A stretch of DNA of 59,253 bases from the sequence record DRR378314_405, one strand, 5' to 3'. Under the pieces are notes generated by a model. It had not been told where the DNA came from, did not search any database, and was given only the letters and a program-made list of their open reading frames with translations. Every line of letters starts with the position of its first letter. The first letter of the stretch is position 1. Made by a program: the position numbers and the translations under genes. Positions 21,065 to 32,194 of the stretch are shown in pieces.

Positions 21065-21225
21065 AAATTTTCGCTCCTGAATAGAAATCTGCATCCGAAA
21101 GTGTGTCAAAATCGCTTACTTTTTATACGCCTTGGACTTTCAAAGCAAAAGCCGTTAAATTCCCCTCGCTTTTTTCTGCCGTGTTTGGTAGAGCTACCCC
21201 CAGAATACAAGAGCTGAGGTAAGCA

Positions 21226-21771
21226 ATGAACAGTTTTGAGCTAAATAAAATTGCTGGAGCGGTACTCGGAAGTGCGCTTGCAATTGTAGCCATTAATGAA
21301 ATCGCCAATATCGCCGTTTCGCCAACGATCCCGGAAACCCCGTCTTATGTCATTGACACTGGCGCTGCAGAAGCACCGGCTGGTGGGGCTGCAGAAGAAA
21401 AAGAAACGGGTCCATCTCTGGCCGTTTTGATGGCCTCAGCCGATCCGGAAAAAGGCGAAAAGATCTTCAAAAAATGTGCGGCATGCCACACGGTTGAAGA
21501 AGGCGGCAAAAACAAAATCGGTCCAAACCTTTATGGTGTGCTGGGTAACAGCATGGGTGCACATAGCGACTTTTCCTATTCCGGCGCACTTGTTGAGAAG
21601 GGCGGAAACTGGGGCTATGAAGAGCTGAATGCCTTCCTGACCAAACCACGCGATTACATCAAAGGCACCAAGATGTCCTTCGCCGGCCTGAAAAAGGATG
21701 GTGACCGTGCTGATATGATTGCATATCTGCGGACACTGGGCTCCTCTGACGTGCCCCTGCCAACGGAATAA
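21226..21771 (+). CDS. cycM: Membrane-anchored cytochrome c (CycM/cy type)
   Basis: MNSFELNK N-terminus plus TM anchor, CAACH, GPNLYGV, GTKMSF. Confidence 0.88.
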   Translation: MNSFELNKIAGAVLGSALAIVAINEIANIAVSPTIPETPSYVIDTGAAEAPAGGAAEEKETGPSLAVLMASADPEKGEKIFKKCAACHTVEEGGKNKIGPNLYGVLGNSMGAHSDFSYSGALVEKGGNWGYEELNAFLTKPRDYIKGTKMSFAGLKKDGDRADMIAYLRTLGSSDVPLPTE

Positions 21772-21787
21772 GTGGCAGCCATAATAG

Positions 21788-22567
21788 ATGTCAAATCAGG
21801 TTCCTTCCGAGTTTATTGATCTCGCCAACAAGCTGGCGGATGCCGCAGGCGAGATCATTCGTCCCCTGTACCGGAAAAAAATTGAAATCGTCAGCAAGGA
21901 TGACTTTAGTCCTGTCACGATCGCTGATCAGAATGCTGAGATGGCCATGCGCAAAATCATCGAAGCGCATTATCCGGAACATGGAATTTATGGCGAAGAA
22001 CACGGACAGGTTCGAACCGATGCCGAATATGTCTGGGTTCTGGACCCGATTGACGGCACCCATTCTTTCATTTCCGGTGCCCCAACCTTCGCAATCCTCA
22101 TCGGCCTGACCCGCAACGGTAAACCGGTCATGGGGATCGTGGATCAGCCCATATCCGGGGAAAGATGGGTTGGTGCGAACGGTGAAACCACGTTCAATGG
22201 AACCAAAGTTCAAACCAGCTCGGATGTGACTGAGCTGGAAAAATCATCGCTTTTCTCCTACGGGATTGAACTGTTCAAAAGCGAAAAAGGCCCTCAATAT
22301 CAGGCCCTGACCGATCAGGTTCGCCGAATTCGCTTTGGCTATGACAGTTACGCCTACGCGCTTTTGGCCCAAGGGTTCGTGGATATCGTCGCCGATGCCG
22401 ATATGAAGCCGTTTGACTATTGCGCGCTTGTTCCGGTTGTTAAAAATGCAGGCGGACAGATTTCTGACTGGGATGGCAACCCGCTGACGCTGACAAATCC
22501 GGGTTACGTGTTGGCCACCGCCAACTCTGCTTTGCAGAATGCTGCCCTTGACGTCCTGAAAAGTTAA
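21788..22567 (+). CDS. hisN: Histidinol-phosphatase, inositol monophosphatase family
   Basis: SPVTIAD, GEE, WVLDPIDGT, AGG..SDW. Confidence 0.8.
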   Translation: MSNQVPSEFIDLANKLADAAGEIIRPLYRKKIEIVSKDDFSPVTIADQNAEMAMRKIIEAHYPEHGIYGEEHGQVRTDAEYVWVLDPIDGTHSFISGAPTFAILIGLTRNGKPVMGIVDQPISGERWVGANGETTFNGTKVQTSSDVTELEKSSLFSYGIELFKSEKGPQYQALTDQVRRIRFGYDSYAYALLAQGFVDIVADADMKPFDYCALVPVVKNAGGQISDWDGNPLTLTNPGYVLATANSALQNAALDVLKS

Positions 22568-22649
22568 GTCCTCCGTCCCCATTACCTCTTGATGTTAAAG
22601 TGATTTACCCCCATGTTGTTAAGCAATTAACACATGCGAACAGGGAAAA

Positions 22650-24509
22650 ATGAATTTACTCAAGTCTGTAGCCAGTTTGGCATTGTTATCTGTTCTTGTT
22701 GTTTCAGGTCCCGCTGCGGCCAGTGATGTCAAAACAACAACTTCTCACGGGCTATCGCTTGCTGGTCCTTTAAAATATTCAGCCGATTTTCCGCACCTCG
22801 AATATGTCAACCCTGACGCGCCCAAAGGCGGGGAAATCAGACTGTCGGCTTTGGGGGGCTTTGACAACCTGAACCCCTACATTTCAAAGGGAAATGGGGC
22901 CTCCGGACTGGGCCTGACCTTTGAAACCCTGATGACCCAACCCGCCGATTCCCCAAGCGCTGAATATGGATTGATCGCAGAAACTGTTGAGGTTGCAGAC
23001 GATCTCAGTTTTGCGATTTTCAATTTACGCCCCGAAGCCCGCTTCCATGATGGCACCCCCATAACCGCAGAAGATCTGGTCTTCAGCCTGCAAATGGTCA
23101 AGGAACACGGGCGGCCACTGTTTCGCTATTATTATGCGAATGTGAAAGAAGGCATCATCTTAGGCGATCACCGGATCAAATTCACTTTCACAGGCCCGCC
23201 CAATCGGGAATTGCCGCAAATTGTTGGCCAACTCCTGCCGGTTCTGTCCAAAAAGCATTTTGAAAACCGGGAATTTGCGGAAACAACCCTGGATCCAATC
23301 CTCGGCTCCGGTCCCTACAAAATCAAGGAATTTGAAGCCAATCGGTTTATTGTCTATGAGCGGGTTGACGACTATTGGGGCAAGGATCTACCGATCAACA
23401 AGGGCCGCTATAATTTCGATGAATATCGCTATGATTATTATCGGGACAGCTCTGTACTACTGGAGGCTTTTAAAGCGGGCGAGTATGATTTTCGGGCCGA
23501 GAACAGCGCGAAAAACTGGGCAACCGGCTATGATTTTCCAGCCTTGAAAAAAGGCCTCGTAATCAAGGAAAATATTCCAAGCGACACACCAGCCGGGCAA
23601 CAGGGATTTGTGTATAATCTGCGAAAAGAGAAGTTTCAGGATCCGGCCTTGCGCGAAGCGTTGATTTACGCCTTTGATTTTGAATGGCTGAACAAAAAAA
23701 TCTTTTATGATCAGTATGAGCGGACAAACAGCTTCTTTTACAATTCCGTCATGGCCGCCAAAGGCGAGCCGCAAGGCAAAGAGCTTGAAATCCTGAACGA
23801 ATACAAAGACCAAGTCCCGGAGCGGGTTTTCGGCCCCGCTTATCAACCTCCCGTCACAGATGGATCCGGCTTGGACCGAACACCTCTTCGCGCTGCAAAA
23901 GCGATCCTGAAAAAAGCCGGATGGAAAGTCAAAGACAGCAAACTGATTAATCCCAAAACAGGCAAGCCGCTGGAGATCGAATTTCTGCTTTATGATCCCA
24001 ACAGCCTTCGCATCATTGGCTCCTTCATCAAAAACCTGGAAAAACTGGGGGTTACGGCCACATCCCGGGTGGTGGACTCGGCTCAATACACAGAACGACT
24101 GCGCAATTACAACTTTGATATTGTGACCTCTGTCTTTGGCCAATCCATCAGTCCTGGCAATGAGCAACGTGAATTTTGGGGGAGTGCCGCGGGTAAGCGG
24201 CCGGGTAGTCGCAACCTGATGGGCATTGATAATCCGGTCGTTGATGAACTGATTGAACGGCTGATCGCAGCGCCTGATTATGAAAGCCTGAAACCGATTG
24301 TGCGGGCACTGGATCGGGTACTGACCTGGAACTTTTACGTTATTCCGCAATTCACCTCAGCATATGAGCGGATTGCCTATTGGAACAAGTTCGGAAAAAC
24401 CGATATTCACCCGTCCGAAGGGACCGATATTACAGCCTGGTGGATCGATCCACAGAAAAAAGAACGGCTGGAAAAAGGTCTGAAAAGCTTGAAAAAAGAG
24501 TCCGATTAA
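22650..24509 (+). CDS. yejA: ABC peptide-binding protein, YejA-like (copy 1)
   Basis: Signal peptide, [41 protein letters not shown]. Confidence 0.88.
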   Translation: MNLLKSVASLALLSVLVVSGPAAASDVKTTTSHGLSLAGPLKYSADFPHLEYVNPDAPKGGEIRLSALGGFDNLNPYISKGNGASGLGLTFETLMTQPADSPSAEYGLIAETVEVADDLSFAIFNLRPEARFHDGTPITAEDLVFSLQMVKEHGRPLFRYYYANVKEGIILGDHRIKFTFTGPPNRELPQIVGQLLPVLSKKHFENREFAETTLDPILGSGPYKIKEFEANRFIVYERVDDYWGKDLPINKGRYNFDEYRYDYYRDSSVLLEAFKAGEYDFRAENSAKNWATGYDFPALKKGLVIKENIPSDTPAGQQGFVYNLRKEKFQDPALREALIYAFDFEWLNKKIFYDQYERTNSFFYNSVMAAKGEPQGKELEILNEYKDQVPERVFGPAYQPPVTDGSGLDRTPLRAAKAILKKAGWKVKDSKLINPKTGKPLEIEFLLYDPNSLRIIGSFIKNLEKLGVTATSRVVDSAQYTERLRNYNFDIVTSVFGQSISPGNEQREFWGSAAGKRPGSRNLMGIDNPVVDELIERLIAAPDYESLKPIVRALDRVLTWNFYVIPQFTSAYERIAYWNKFGKTDIHPSEGTDITAWWIDPQKKERLEKGLKSLKKESD

Positions 24510-24524
24510 CGAAGGGAATAACAG

Positions 24525-26393
24525 ATGCGTCTCCTTCCGGCTCTTAAATCCTCAGCGCTTATTTTGATCTGCTGTGCCGGTCTGTCCTCTCTCTCCTCAG
24601 CCGAAGACGCTGTGCAGACCCATGGGCTTTCCAGCTTCGGTAATTTAAAATACGCCGCCGGATTTACCCATTTTGACTATGTCAATCCAGACGCCCCCAA
24701 GGGCGGCACCATCCGAATTCGCAACCTCAACAGTTTTGACAGTGTTAATCCTTTTATCCTCAAAGGGGTTGCGGAAGTTCTGAACGCCGACAAAGGCGGC
24801 GATCTGTTTTTCAACTTTGCCAGCCTGATGACGCGCGCGCATGACGAGCCGGACGCCGTTTACGGTCTGGTTGCCAAAGATGCCCTTTTGGATCCGAACG
24901 GAAAATGGGTCGAATTTCGGCTTCGCACCGGTCCCCAGTTTCATGACGGCACCCCGATCACGGCCGAAGACATCGTGTTCAGCTTCGAAACCTTGAAAAC
25001 AGAAGGACATCCCCGGTACCGACTCGCCTATAAAGATATTGAAACCGCAACTGTGACTGGCCCCGCCTCGGTCCGTTTTGACTTTAATAAGCAGGCTCTC
25101 ACCCGGGGATTGGCGTTGGAAGTTGCGACCATGCCGATCCTATCCAAAGCCTCTTTTGCCAATCGTCCCTTTGCCGAAACCACGTTGGAGCCCTTGCTCG
25201 GCTCCGGCCCCTACAAAATGGTAGAGGTGCAGCCCGGCCGCTCGGTCACGTATCAGCGGGTTGAAAATCATTGGGCGGAAAAGCTGCCGGTTCATGTCGG
25301 GCGCTTTAACTTTGAAACCATTCAAGTTGATTATTACCGGGACCGAACCATTGCATTGCAGGCCTTTTTTGCTGGTGAATATGACTTTCGCGAAGAATTC
25401 ACCTCGCGCAGTTGGGCCAGTGAATATGACGGCAAACCGGCTTTTGAAAACGGCTCTGTTATAAAAGCCACTCTTGAAGATGCCTCCATGACAGGCTTTC
25501 AGGCGTTTTTCTTTAACTCCCGCCTGGAAAAGTTCAAAGACATTCGGGTTCGCCGGGCCATTGCCCGAATGTTTGATTTTGAATGGACCAACAAGAACCT
25601 GTTTTATGGCAGTTATGAACGGCTCACTTCGGTTTTTGAAAATTCGGAAATGAAAGCGACCGGCCTGCCCAGCGACGCCGAACTGGCCCTTTTAAAGCCA
25701 TGGCAGGATGACATTCCAGCCGCAGTGTTTGGGGAGAGTTTCGTGCCGGAGGCATCCACGGGCGATAGCCACATGCGATCTGCCATTCACCAATCCCTGA
25801 AAGACCTGAAAGAGGCTGGCTGGACTATTCAGGACAAAAAGCTCCTCAACTCTGACGGACAAGCCTTCACCATCGAATTTCTGCTTTATAGCCGCTCCTT
25901 TGAGCGGATTATCAATCCGTTCATCCGTAATCTGGAACGCATCGGCATTGACGCCAAAATCCGTCTTCTGGATCTGGCAAGCTGGCAGAACAGAATGCAG
26001 GAATTTGACTTTGAAATGGCCACGCGGCGCATTGGTCAACCCGCCTATCCCGGGGTGGAACTGCGCAACTGGTGGGGCTCAAATTCGGCGAAAACAATTG
26101 GCGGCCTGAATGTCTCCGGCGTCCAAAGCCCGGCGATTGACAGCCTGATCGAAGCCATCATCAAGGCCGAGCGCAAAGATGAAGTGATTACCGCCGCAAC
26201 TGCCCTTGACCGGGTGATCATGCATTCGCATCTGACCATCCCGCAATGGTTCAAAGCCAGCCATTTTGTGGCCTATTGGGACAAATTTGGCCGGCCGCAG
26301 GCGGAAAAACCGGGTTATGACCGGGCGGCGTTGCATAGTTGGTGGTATGATCAGGCGAAAGCCGCTAGATTAACGCAGATTAAAGGTCAATAG
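24525..26393 (+). CDS. yejA: ABC peptide-binding protein, YejA-like (copy 2)
   Basis: Signal peptide, [37 protein letters not shown]. Confidence 0.85.
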   Translation: MRLLPALKSSALILICCAGLSSLSSAEDAVQTHGLSSFGNLKYAAGFTHFDYVNPDAPKGGTIRIRNLNSFDSVNPFILKGVAEVLNADKGGDLFFNFASLMTRAHDEPDAVYGLVAKDALLDPNGKWVEFRLRTGPQFHDGTPITAEDIVFSFETLKTEGHPRYRLAYKDIETATVTGPASVRFDFNKQALTRGLALEVATMPILSKASFANRPFAETTLEPLLGSGPYKMVEVQPGRSVTYQRVENHWAEKLPVHVGRFNFETIQVDYYRDRTIALQAFFAGEYDFREEFTSRSWASEYDGKPAFENGSVIKATLEDASMTGFQAFFFNSRLEKFKDIRVRRAIARMFDFEWTNKNLFYGSYERLTSVFENSEMKATGLPSDAELALLKPWQDDIPAAVFGESFVPEASTGDSHMRSAIHQSLKDLKEAGWTIQDKKLLNSDGQAFTIEFLLYSRSFERIINPFIRNLERIGIDAKIRLLDLASWQNRMQEFDFEMATRRIGQPAYPGVELRNWWGSNSAKTIGGLNVSGVQSPAIDSLIEAIIKAERKDEVITAATALDRVIMHSHLTIPQWFKASHFVAYWDKFGRPQAEKPGYDRAALHSWWYDQAKAARLTQIKGQ

Positions 26394-26403
26394 GGGGCTC
26401 AGC

Positions 26404-27510
26404 TTGCTGGCATATATCTTCAGACGGCTGTTGTTAATGATCCCGACCCTTTTCGGGATCATGCTGCTGAACTTCGCGATTATTCAATTCGCGCCGGGCG
26501 GCCCGGTTGAACAGATCATCGCTGAAATTCAAGGAACCGCGATTGGCGCCACGGCCCGCATTGGCGGCTCCGGCGGCGGGGATCTGGGCGGCAGCTCCAC
26601 CGCCCCATCAGCGGGCAGCAATGACAGCAGTTACCGGGGCGCGCAAGGGCTAGATCCCGCCTTTATCAAGGAGCTGGAACAGCAGTTCGGCTTTGACAAG
26701 CCTGCCCATGAGCGCTTCTTTCTGATGATCAAGAATTATCTGGTTTTTGATTTCGGCAACAGTTATTTCCGCGATGAAAACGTCATCAATCTGGTGTTGG
26801 AGAAAATGCCCGTATCGATTTCGCTGGGGCTTTGGACCACCTTGCTGGTCTATGTCATTTCCATTCCTTTGGGCATTCGAAAAGCGGTCAAGGATGGAAC
26901 CCGGTTTGATGTCTGGACCAGCAGCTTGATCATTGTCGGCAACGCAATCCCAAGCTTCCTGTTTGCCGTTGCCTTGATCGTTTTCTTTGCTGGCGGCTCC
27001 TATCTTGACTGGTTTCCGCTGCGCGGTCTCACCTCTGAAAATTTTGATGAGCTCAGCCTGATTGGCAAGATTGTCGATTATTTCTGGCATATCGCCCTTC
27101 CGGTGACGGCCATGGTCATCGGCGGGTTTGCCGCCCTTACCCAATTGACGAAAAACTCCTTTCTGGATCAGATTAACCAGCAATATGTGCTCACGGCCCG
27201 GGCCAAGGGCTTGACCGAAAAACGGGTACTTTATGGCCATGTCTTTCGCAATGCCATGCTCATCGTCATTGCGGGCTTTCCCAGTGCATTTATCGGGATC
27301 CTATTTACCGGATCCTTGCTTATTGAAGTGATTTTCAGCCTGGACGGGCTGGGACTATTGGGATTTGAAGCTGCCATCAACCGGGACTATCCGGTTATTT
27401 TCGCGACCGTTTATATCTTCTCCCTTCTGGGGTTGATCATGAACCTGATCGGCGATCTGGCCTATACGATTATTGATCCGCGGATCGATTTTGAAGCGCG
27501 GGAGGCGTAA
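26404..27510 (+). CDS. yejB: ABC transporter permease YejB
   Basis: [35 protein letters not shown]. Confidence 0.93.
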   Translation: MLAYIFRRLLLMIPTLFGIMLLNFAIIQFAPGGPVEQIIAEIQGTAIGATARIGGSGGGDLGGSSTAPSAGSNDSSYRGAQGLDPAFIKELEQQFGFDKPAHERFFLMIKNYLVFDFGNSYFRDENVINLVLEKMPVSISLGLWTTLLVYVISIPLGIRKAVKDGTRFDVWTSSLIIVGNAIPSFLFAVALIVFFAGGSYLDWFPLRGLTSENFDELSLIGKIVDYFWHIALPVTAMVIGGFAALTQLTKNSFLDQINQQYVLTARAKGLTEKRVLYGHVFRNAMLIVIAGFPSAFIGILFTGSLLIEVIFSLDGLGLLGFEAAINRDYPVIFATVYIFSLLGLIMNLIGDLAYTIIDPRIDFEAREA

Positions 27511-27513
27511 CCC

Positions 27514-28542
27514 ATGGCCCTCTCCCCCCTCAACCAGCGACGGCTGGAAAATTTCAAGGCCAACCGGCGCGGCTACTATTCCATGATCCTGTTCCTCGGC
27601 CTGTTTGTGCTCTCCCTGTTTGCAGAGGTGATTGCCAATGACAAGCCCCTGCTCATCTCTTATCAGGATGAACTCTACACCCCGTTTCTGGTGACCTATC
27701 CGGAGACCACCTTTGGCGGGGATTTTGAAACAGAAGCCGACTATCGCGACCCGTTTGTCGCCAACCTGATTAAGGAGGCTGATGGCTGGGTTCTATGGCC
27801 CCTCATTCGATATAGCTACACCACCATCAATTATGATCTGAAATCCCCGGCCCCCAGCTCCCCGGACGGGGAAAACTGGCTGGGCACTGATGATCAGGGC
27901 CGCGATGTGCTTGCCCGTGTCATTTATGGATACCGAATATCTGTTGCCTTTGGCCTGATCCTCACCATCCTGAGCTCCATCATCGGCATTGCCGCCGGGG
28001 CCGTTCAGGGTTATTTCGGCGGTCTCACGGATCTTATTTTTCAGCGCCTTCTGGAAATCTGGGGCGGCATGCCCAGCCTCTATATCCTGATTATCCTGGC
28101 TGCCCTGATCGAGCCGAGCTTCCTGATCCTGCTGGTCCTGCTGCTGCTGTTCAGTTGGCCAAGCCTTGTCGGCGTGGTGCGCGCGGAATTCCTGCGCTCG
28201 CGCAATTTTGATTATGTCCGCGCGGCCCGGGCACTTGGGGTTCGCGATAGCGTGATCATGTTCAAACATCTGCTTCCCAATTCAATGGTGTCCGCCCTGA
28301 CCTTCATGCCGTTTATCCTGACCGGCTCCATCGTTAGTCTCACCTCACTGGATTTTCTGGGACTGGGGCTGCCGCCCGGCTCCCCATCCCTTGGCGAGCT
28401 GCTGGCCCAGGGCAAATCAAACCTGCAGGCCCCATGGCTTGGCATTACCGCCTTCATGGTTCTCTCTGTCATGCTGACACTTGCGTTTTTCATGCAAGAA
28501 GGAATTCGGGATGCCTTTGATCCCAGAAAGACGTTTAACTGA
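27514..28542 (+). CDS. yejE: ABC transporter permease YejE
   Basis: FKANRRGY, WLGTDDQGRDV, DYVRAARALG, HLLPN. Confidence 0.93.
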   Translation: MALSPLNQRRLENFKANRRGYYSMILFLGLFVLSLFAEVIANDKPLLISYQDELYTPFLVTYPETTFGGDFETEADYRDPFVANLIKEADGWVLWPLIRYSYTTINYDLKSPAPSSPDGENWLGTDDQGRDVLARVIYGYRISVAFGLILTILSSIIGIAAGAVQGYFGGLTDLIFQRLLEIWGGMPSLYILIILAALIEPSFLILLVLLLLFSWPSLVGVVRAEFLRSRNFDYVRAARALGVRDSVIMFKHLLPNSMVSALTFMPFILTGSIVSLTSLDFLGLGLPPGSPSLGELLAQGKSNLQAPWLGITAFMVLSVMLTLAFFMQEGIRDAFDPRKTFN

Positions 28543-30140
28543 TGGCCTTTGTCTCTGTTAAAGATCTGGCTATTTCCTTTCGGGTCAAAGGACAGGAAGT
28601 CCCTGCCGTTAAACATGTCTCGTTCGATATAGAACATGGCGAAACCCTCGCCCTTGTCGGGGAAAGCGGCTCGGGAAAATCCATCACTGCGCTTAGCCTG
28701 CTGCAACTGCTGCCCTATCCGGTTGCCTCTCATCCCCATGGGGAGATCCTCATTGACGGGAAAAATGTCATCGGCGCCCCGTTTCAGGATCTGCATAAAG
28801 TGCGCGGCAATAAAATCTCCATGATTTTTCAGGAGCCCATGACCTCCCTGAACCCGCTGCATACCATCGAAAAACAGATTAACGAGACGTTGCTGGTGCA
28901 TAAAGGCTACAGCAAAAGCGAAGCAGCGGCGCGGGTCAAAGAATTGCTGGATCTGGTCGGACTGCCTGCCACCGAAGATCGTTTGAACGCCTTTCCCCAT
29001 CAACTCTCCGGCGGTCAACGCCAGCGCGTGATGATTGCCATGGCGCTGGCCAACGAGCCGGACCTTTTGATCGCTGATGAGCCGACCACTGCACTGGATG
29101 TCACCATTCAGGCGCAAATCCTAGAACTTCTCAAAGATCTGCAAAAACGGCTCGGGATGGCCATATTGCTCATTACCCATGATCTTGGAATTGTCCGGAA
29201 AATGGCCCGGGAAGTCTGCATCATGACCAAAGGGGAGGTGGTTGAGAGCGGTCCGACAGAGAAAATTTTTACCAATCCTGAGCATCCCTACACCCAGATG
29301 CTGCTAGGCGCAGAGCCCAAAGGCCTTCCCTATCCCAAATCAGAAACCGCCAAATCGGTTATGCAAGGTCAGAACGTCAAAGTCTATTTCCCGATCAAAA
29401 AGGGGCTATTGAAACGCACCGTTGATTATGTGCGGGCCGTCGATGACATTTCGGTCAATGTGCGCGAAGGACATACCGTCGGCATTGTCGGGGAAAGCGG
29501 GTCGGGAAAATCCACCCTCGGCCTTGCGCTGCTGCGCCTATTGAAATCTGAAGGCGATATCCTCTATGACGGGAAATCCATACAGTCAAAACCCTGGAAG
29601 GAACTTCGCAGCCTCCGCTCACAAATTCAGATCGTGTTTCAGGATCCCTATTCCAGTCTCAGCCCCCGCCTGTCCGTCGGACAGATCATCGAAGAAGGCC
29701 TGCTGGTTCATCAGGGAAAAGGAGATACCAGCGAACGACGGGAGCGCATTGCCAAAACCCTCGAAGAAGTGGGCATTGATGGCAGCGCCCAGGATCGCTA
29801 TCCCCATGAATTTTCCGGCGGTCAGCGGCAACGGATCTCCATCGCCCGGGCGCTGATCCTGAAACCCCGCTTTATTGTTCTGGATGAACCAACATCGGCC
29901 CTGGATATGTCCGTGCAGGCGCAGATTGTCGATCTGTTGCGGGATCTGCAGAAAAAATATAATCTCGCCTACCTCTTCATCAGTCATGATCTGAAAGTCG
30001 TCAAGGCACTGGCCGACGAAGTTCTGGTGATGAAGGATGGCCAGGTGGTTGAACAGGGCACAGCCGAACAGATATTCGACAATCCAACAACAGATTACAC
30101 GCGAAAACTCATGAAAGCTGCCTTCGATCTGACAACATAA
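28542..30140 (+). CDS. yejF: ABC transporter ATP-binding protein with two NBDs, YejF
   Basis: Two GESGSGKS Walker A motifs, LSGGQ/FSGGQ, two DEPT. Confidence 0.92.
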   Translation: MAFVSVKDLAISFRVKGQEVPAVKHVSFDIEHGETLALVGESGSGKSITALSLLQLLPYPVASHPHGEILIDGKNVIGAPFQDLHKVRGNKISMIFQEPMTSLNPLHTIEKQINETLLVHKGYSKSEAAARVKELLDLVGLPATEDRLNAFPHQLSGGQRQRVMIAMALANEPDLLIADEPTTALDVTIQAQILELLKDLQKRLGMAILLITHDLGIVRKMAREVCIMTKGEVVESGPTEKIFTNPEHPYTQMLLGAEPKGLPYPKSETAKSVMQGQNVKVYFPIKKGLLKRTVDYVRAVDDISVNVREGHTVGIVGESGSGKSTLGLALLRLLKSEGDILYDGKSIQSKPWKELRSLRSQIQIVFQDPYSSLSPRLSVGQIIEEGLLVHQGKGDTSERRERIAKTLEEVGIDGSAQDRYPHEFSGGQRQRISIARALILKPRFIVLDEPTSALDMSVQAQIVDLLRDLQKKYNLAYLFISHDLKVVKALADEVLVMKDGQVVEQGTAEQIFDNPTTDYTRKLMKAAFDLTT

Positions 30141-30164
30141 ACAAAAAGAAACGGGAGTCCCCCC

Positions 30165-31094
30165 ATGGCACTTATATTCCACAGCTCCATCAAACGCGAT
30201 GATTGGTGGCGCGCCGAAATGGCCAAGCATGTTCCGGATCTGGAAATGCGATTTCATCCTGATGTCGGCGATCCCGACGACATTGAATTTGCCCTCTGCT
30301 TTAACATGCCCGAAGGCGAACTGGCCCGGTTTAAAAACCTGAAGGCGATTTTCTCGCTGGGCGCCGGGGTCGATCATTTTTTCAAAGATCCGACCTTCCC
30401 GAAACAGGTCCCGCTGGCCCGCGTCGTTGATGATGAATTAAGTGCCCGGATGACCGAATATGTGGCGCAGCAGGTTTTGAACCACCACCGGGATCAGCTG
30501 ACCTATGACCAGCAGCAGCGCCAGAAGGTCTGGAAAGTGCATCACCCGCCTGCCGCATCCGCCCGCAAGGTTGGTATTCTGGGCCTTGGGGCATTGGGCA
30601 ATCATGCGGCCCAAACCCTGTGTCATCTTGGATTTCAGGTATCCGGTTGGAGCCGGACCCGCAAGGACATCCCATCTGTAACCTGCTATGCCGGTGCAGA
30701 CGAGCTGGACACATTCCTGGCAGAGGTTGAAATTCTGGTATGCCTGCTTCCACTGACGGAGGAAACGGAAAATATCCTCAACGCCCATCTGTTTACCAAA
30801 CTGCCCGAAGGTGCATCGCTGATTAATCCGGGACGCGGGCCCCATCTGGTAGAGGAAGATCTTATCCAGGCATTGGATAGCGGTCAGATCTCTGCGGCGA
30901 CGCTCGATGTGTTTCGCGCTGAACCGCTGTCTGAAGACAGTCCGCTTTGGGATCATCCCCGCATCCGAATCACGCCTCATGTGGCCAGTATCGCCGCACC
31001 GGGGCGGGTGGCCGCCCTCGTCGCGCAAAACATCATTCGCGCCCGAAATGGGGAAAAACTGTTAAATCAGGTGAATGTGGAACGCGGCTATTAA
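30165..31094 (+). CDS. ghrA: Glyoxylate/hydroxypyruvate reductase A
   Basis: GAGVD, GILGLGALG, GWSRT, LLPLT, DVF..EPL, TPHVAS. Confidence 0.85.
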   Translation: MALIFHSSIKRDDWWRAEMAKHVPDLEMRFHPDVGDPDDIEFALCFNMPEGELARFKNLKAIFSLGAGVDHFFKDPTFPKQVPLARVVDDELSARMTEYVAQQVLNHHRDQLTYDQQQRQKVWKVHHPPAASARKVGILGLGALGNHAAQTLCHLGFQVSGWSRTRKDIPSVTCYAGADELDTFLAEVEILVCLLPLTEETENILNAHLFTKLPEGASLINPGRGPHLVEEDLIQALDSGQISAATLDVFRAEPLSEDSPLWDHPRIRITPHVASIAAPGRVAALVAQNIIRARNGEKLLNQVNVERGY

Positions 31095-31115
31095 GTGCCT
31101 TTGGGAAGATCTGGT

Positions 31116-31466
31116 CTAACCCAGGTTTTCCCACGCAGCCTTTTCAATAACCTCAGATATCTCGCTTAAATAAACGGAGCCTTTGACCGTGCGCACCACA
31201 TTGACGGAGCGCATGTCTTTTTCATCGGGTTTGCGTTTCAGAAGTTCCAATTTCCCAAGGCTGTCCAACGCGCGCGTCACCGCCGGTTTGGAGATTTTCA
31301 GGCGCGCCGCAAGTCCGCGTACGGTATGGGGTGGATCTTCCAGATAAACGATCAGCAAAATCGCCATTTGACGCGATGACAAATCCGGGCCCTGTCGGCT
31401 CACCAACTGGGAGAGGGCCTGTTTCCACATATTCAGAGTGGCTTGTGTTGTCGAGGTCGCTTGCAT
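31116..31466 (-). CDS. MarR-family transcriptional regulator
   Basis: DLSSRQMAILL..TVRGLA..KPAVTRALD..D.R winged helix. Confidence 0.85.
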   Translation of the reverse strand: MQATSTTQATLNMWKQALSQLVSRQGPDLSSRQMAILLIVYLEDPPHTVRGLAARLKISKPAVTRALDSLGKLELLKRKPDEKDMRSVNVVRTVKGSVYLSEISEVIEKAAWENLG

Positions 31467-31575
31467 GGGCAGAGTATTCCATAAAGCCGTTTATTTCGCA
31501 AGCGGAACAGAGTTGACAATCTCTGTCCCTTCCCGCCATCATATCCGCTTCGATACCCCATAAAGAGATCATCTC

Positions 31576-32193
31576 ATGTCGCCAGAATTTCTGTTCACCG
31601 CGCTCATCGTGGTTCTCGCGCCGGGCACCGGTGTCCTTTATACCCTCGCCATTGGCTTATCACGCGGTCATACCGCTGCCATCGCGGCGGCCTTTGGCTG
31701 CACCTTGGGAATTATCCCTCATCTTCTGGCCAGTATTCTGGGACTGGCGGCAATTTTACACACCAGCGCGGTGCTTTTTGAGGCCCTTAAATATGCAGGT
31801 GTTGCCTATCTTCTATATCTTGCCTGGCAAACCTTTCGGGGCAGCGGGACCCTATCCCTTCAATCTTCACAAAGCGAACAGAGAAAAAGCTACGGAAAAC
31901 TGATCACAACCGGGTTCCTGATCAATATTCTGAACCCCAAACTGTCCATTTTCTTTCTGGCCTTTTTGCCCCAGTTCGTTGCCCCGGCCACGCTTCATCC
32001 CGCCCAGGATATGGGACTATTAGGGCTGGTGTTCATGCTCCTGACCTTTGGGGTTTTTGTCCTCTATGGGCTGTTTGCAGCCAAACTCAGCCGCCATATC
32101 CTTGGCCAGCCGTGGGTCCTGAAATGGTTTAACAGGAGTCTGGCTGGCACCTTTGTCGCGTTGAGTGCGAAACTGGCTTTAACCGATCGATAG
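31576..32193 (+). CDS. LysE/RhtB-family amino-acid exporter
   Basis: PGTG motif, KYAGVAYLLYL, NILNPK, FLAFLPQF. Confidence 0.9.
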   Translation: MSPEFLFTALIVVLAPGTGVLYTLAIGLSRGHTAAIAAAFGCTLGIIPHLLASILGLAAILHTSAVLFEALKYAGVAYLLYLAWQTFRGSGTLSLQSSQSEQRKSYGKLITTGFLINILNPKLSIFFLAFLPQFVAPATLHPAQDMGLLGLVFMLLTFGVFVLYGLFAAKLSRHILGQPWVLKWFNRSLAGTFVALSAKLALTDR

Positions 32194-32194
32194 G

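Noticed and set aside
23457-30377. Long antisense ORFs (23457-24350, 28212-29117, 29619-30377) and similar ones elsewhere
   Set aside because: Shadow frames opposite well-supported genes, with no recognisable motifs
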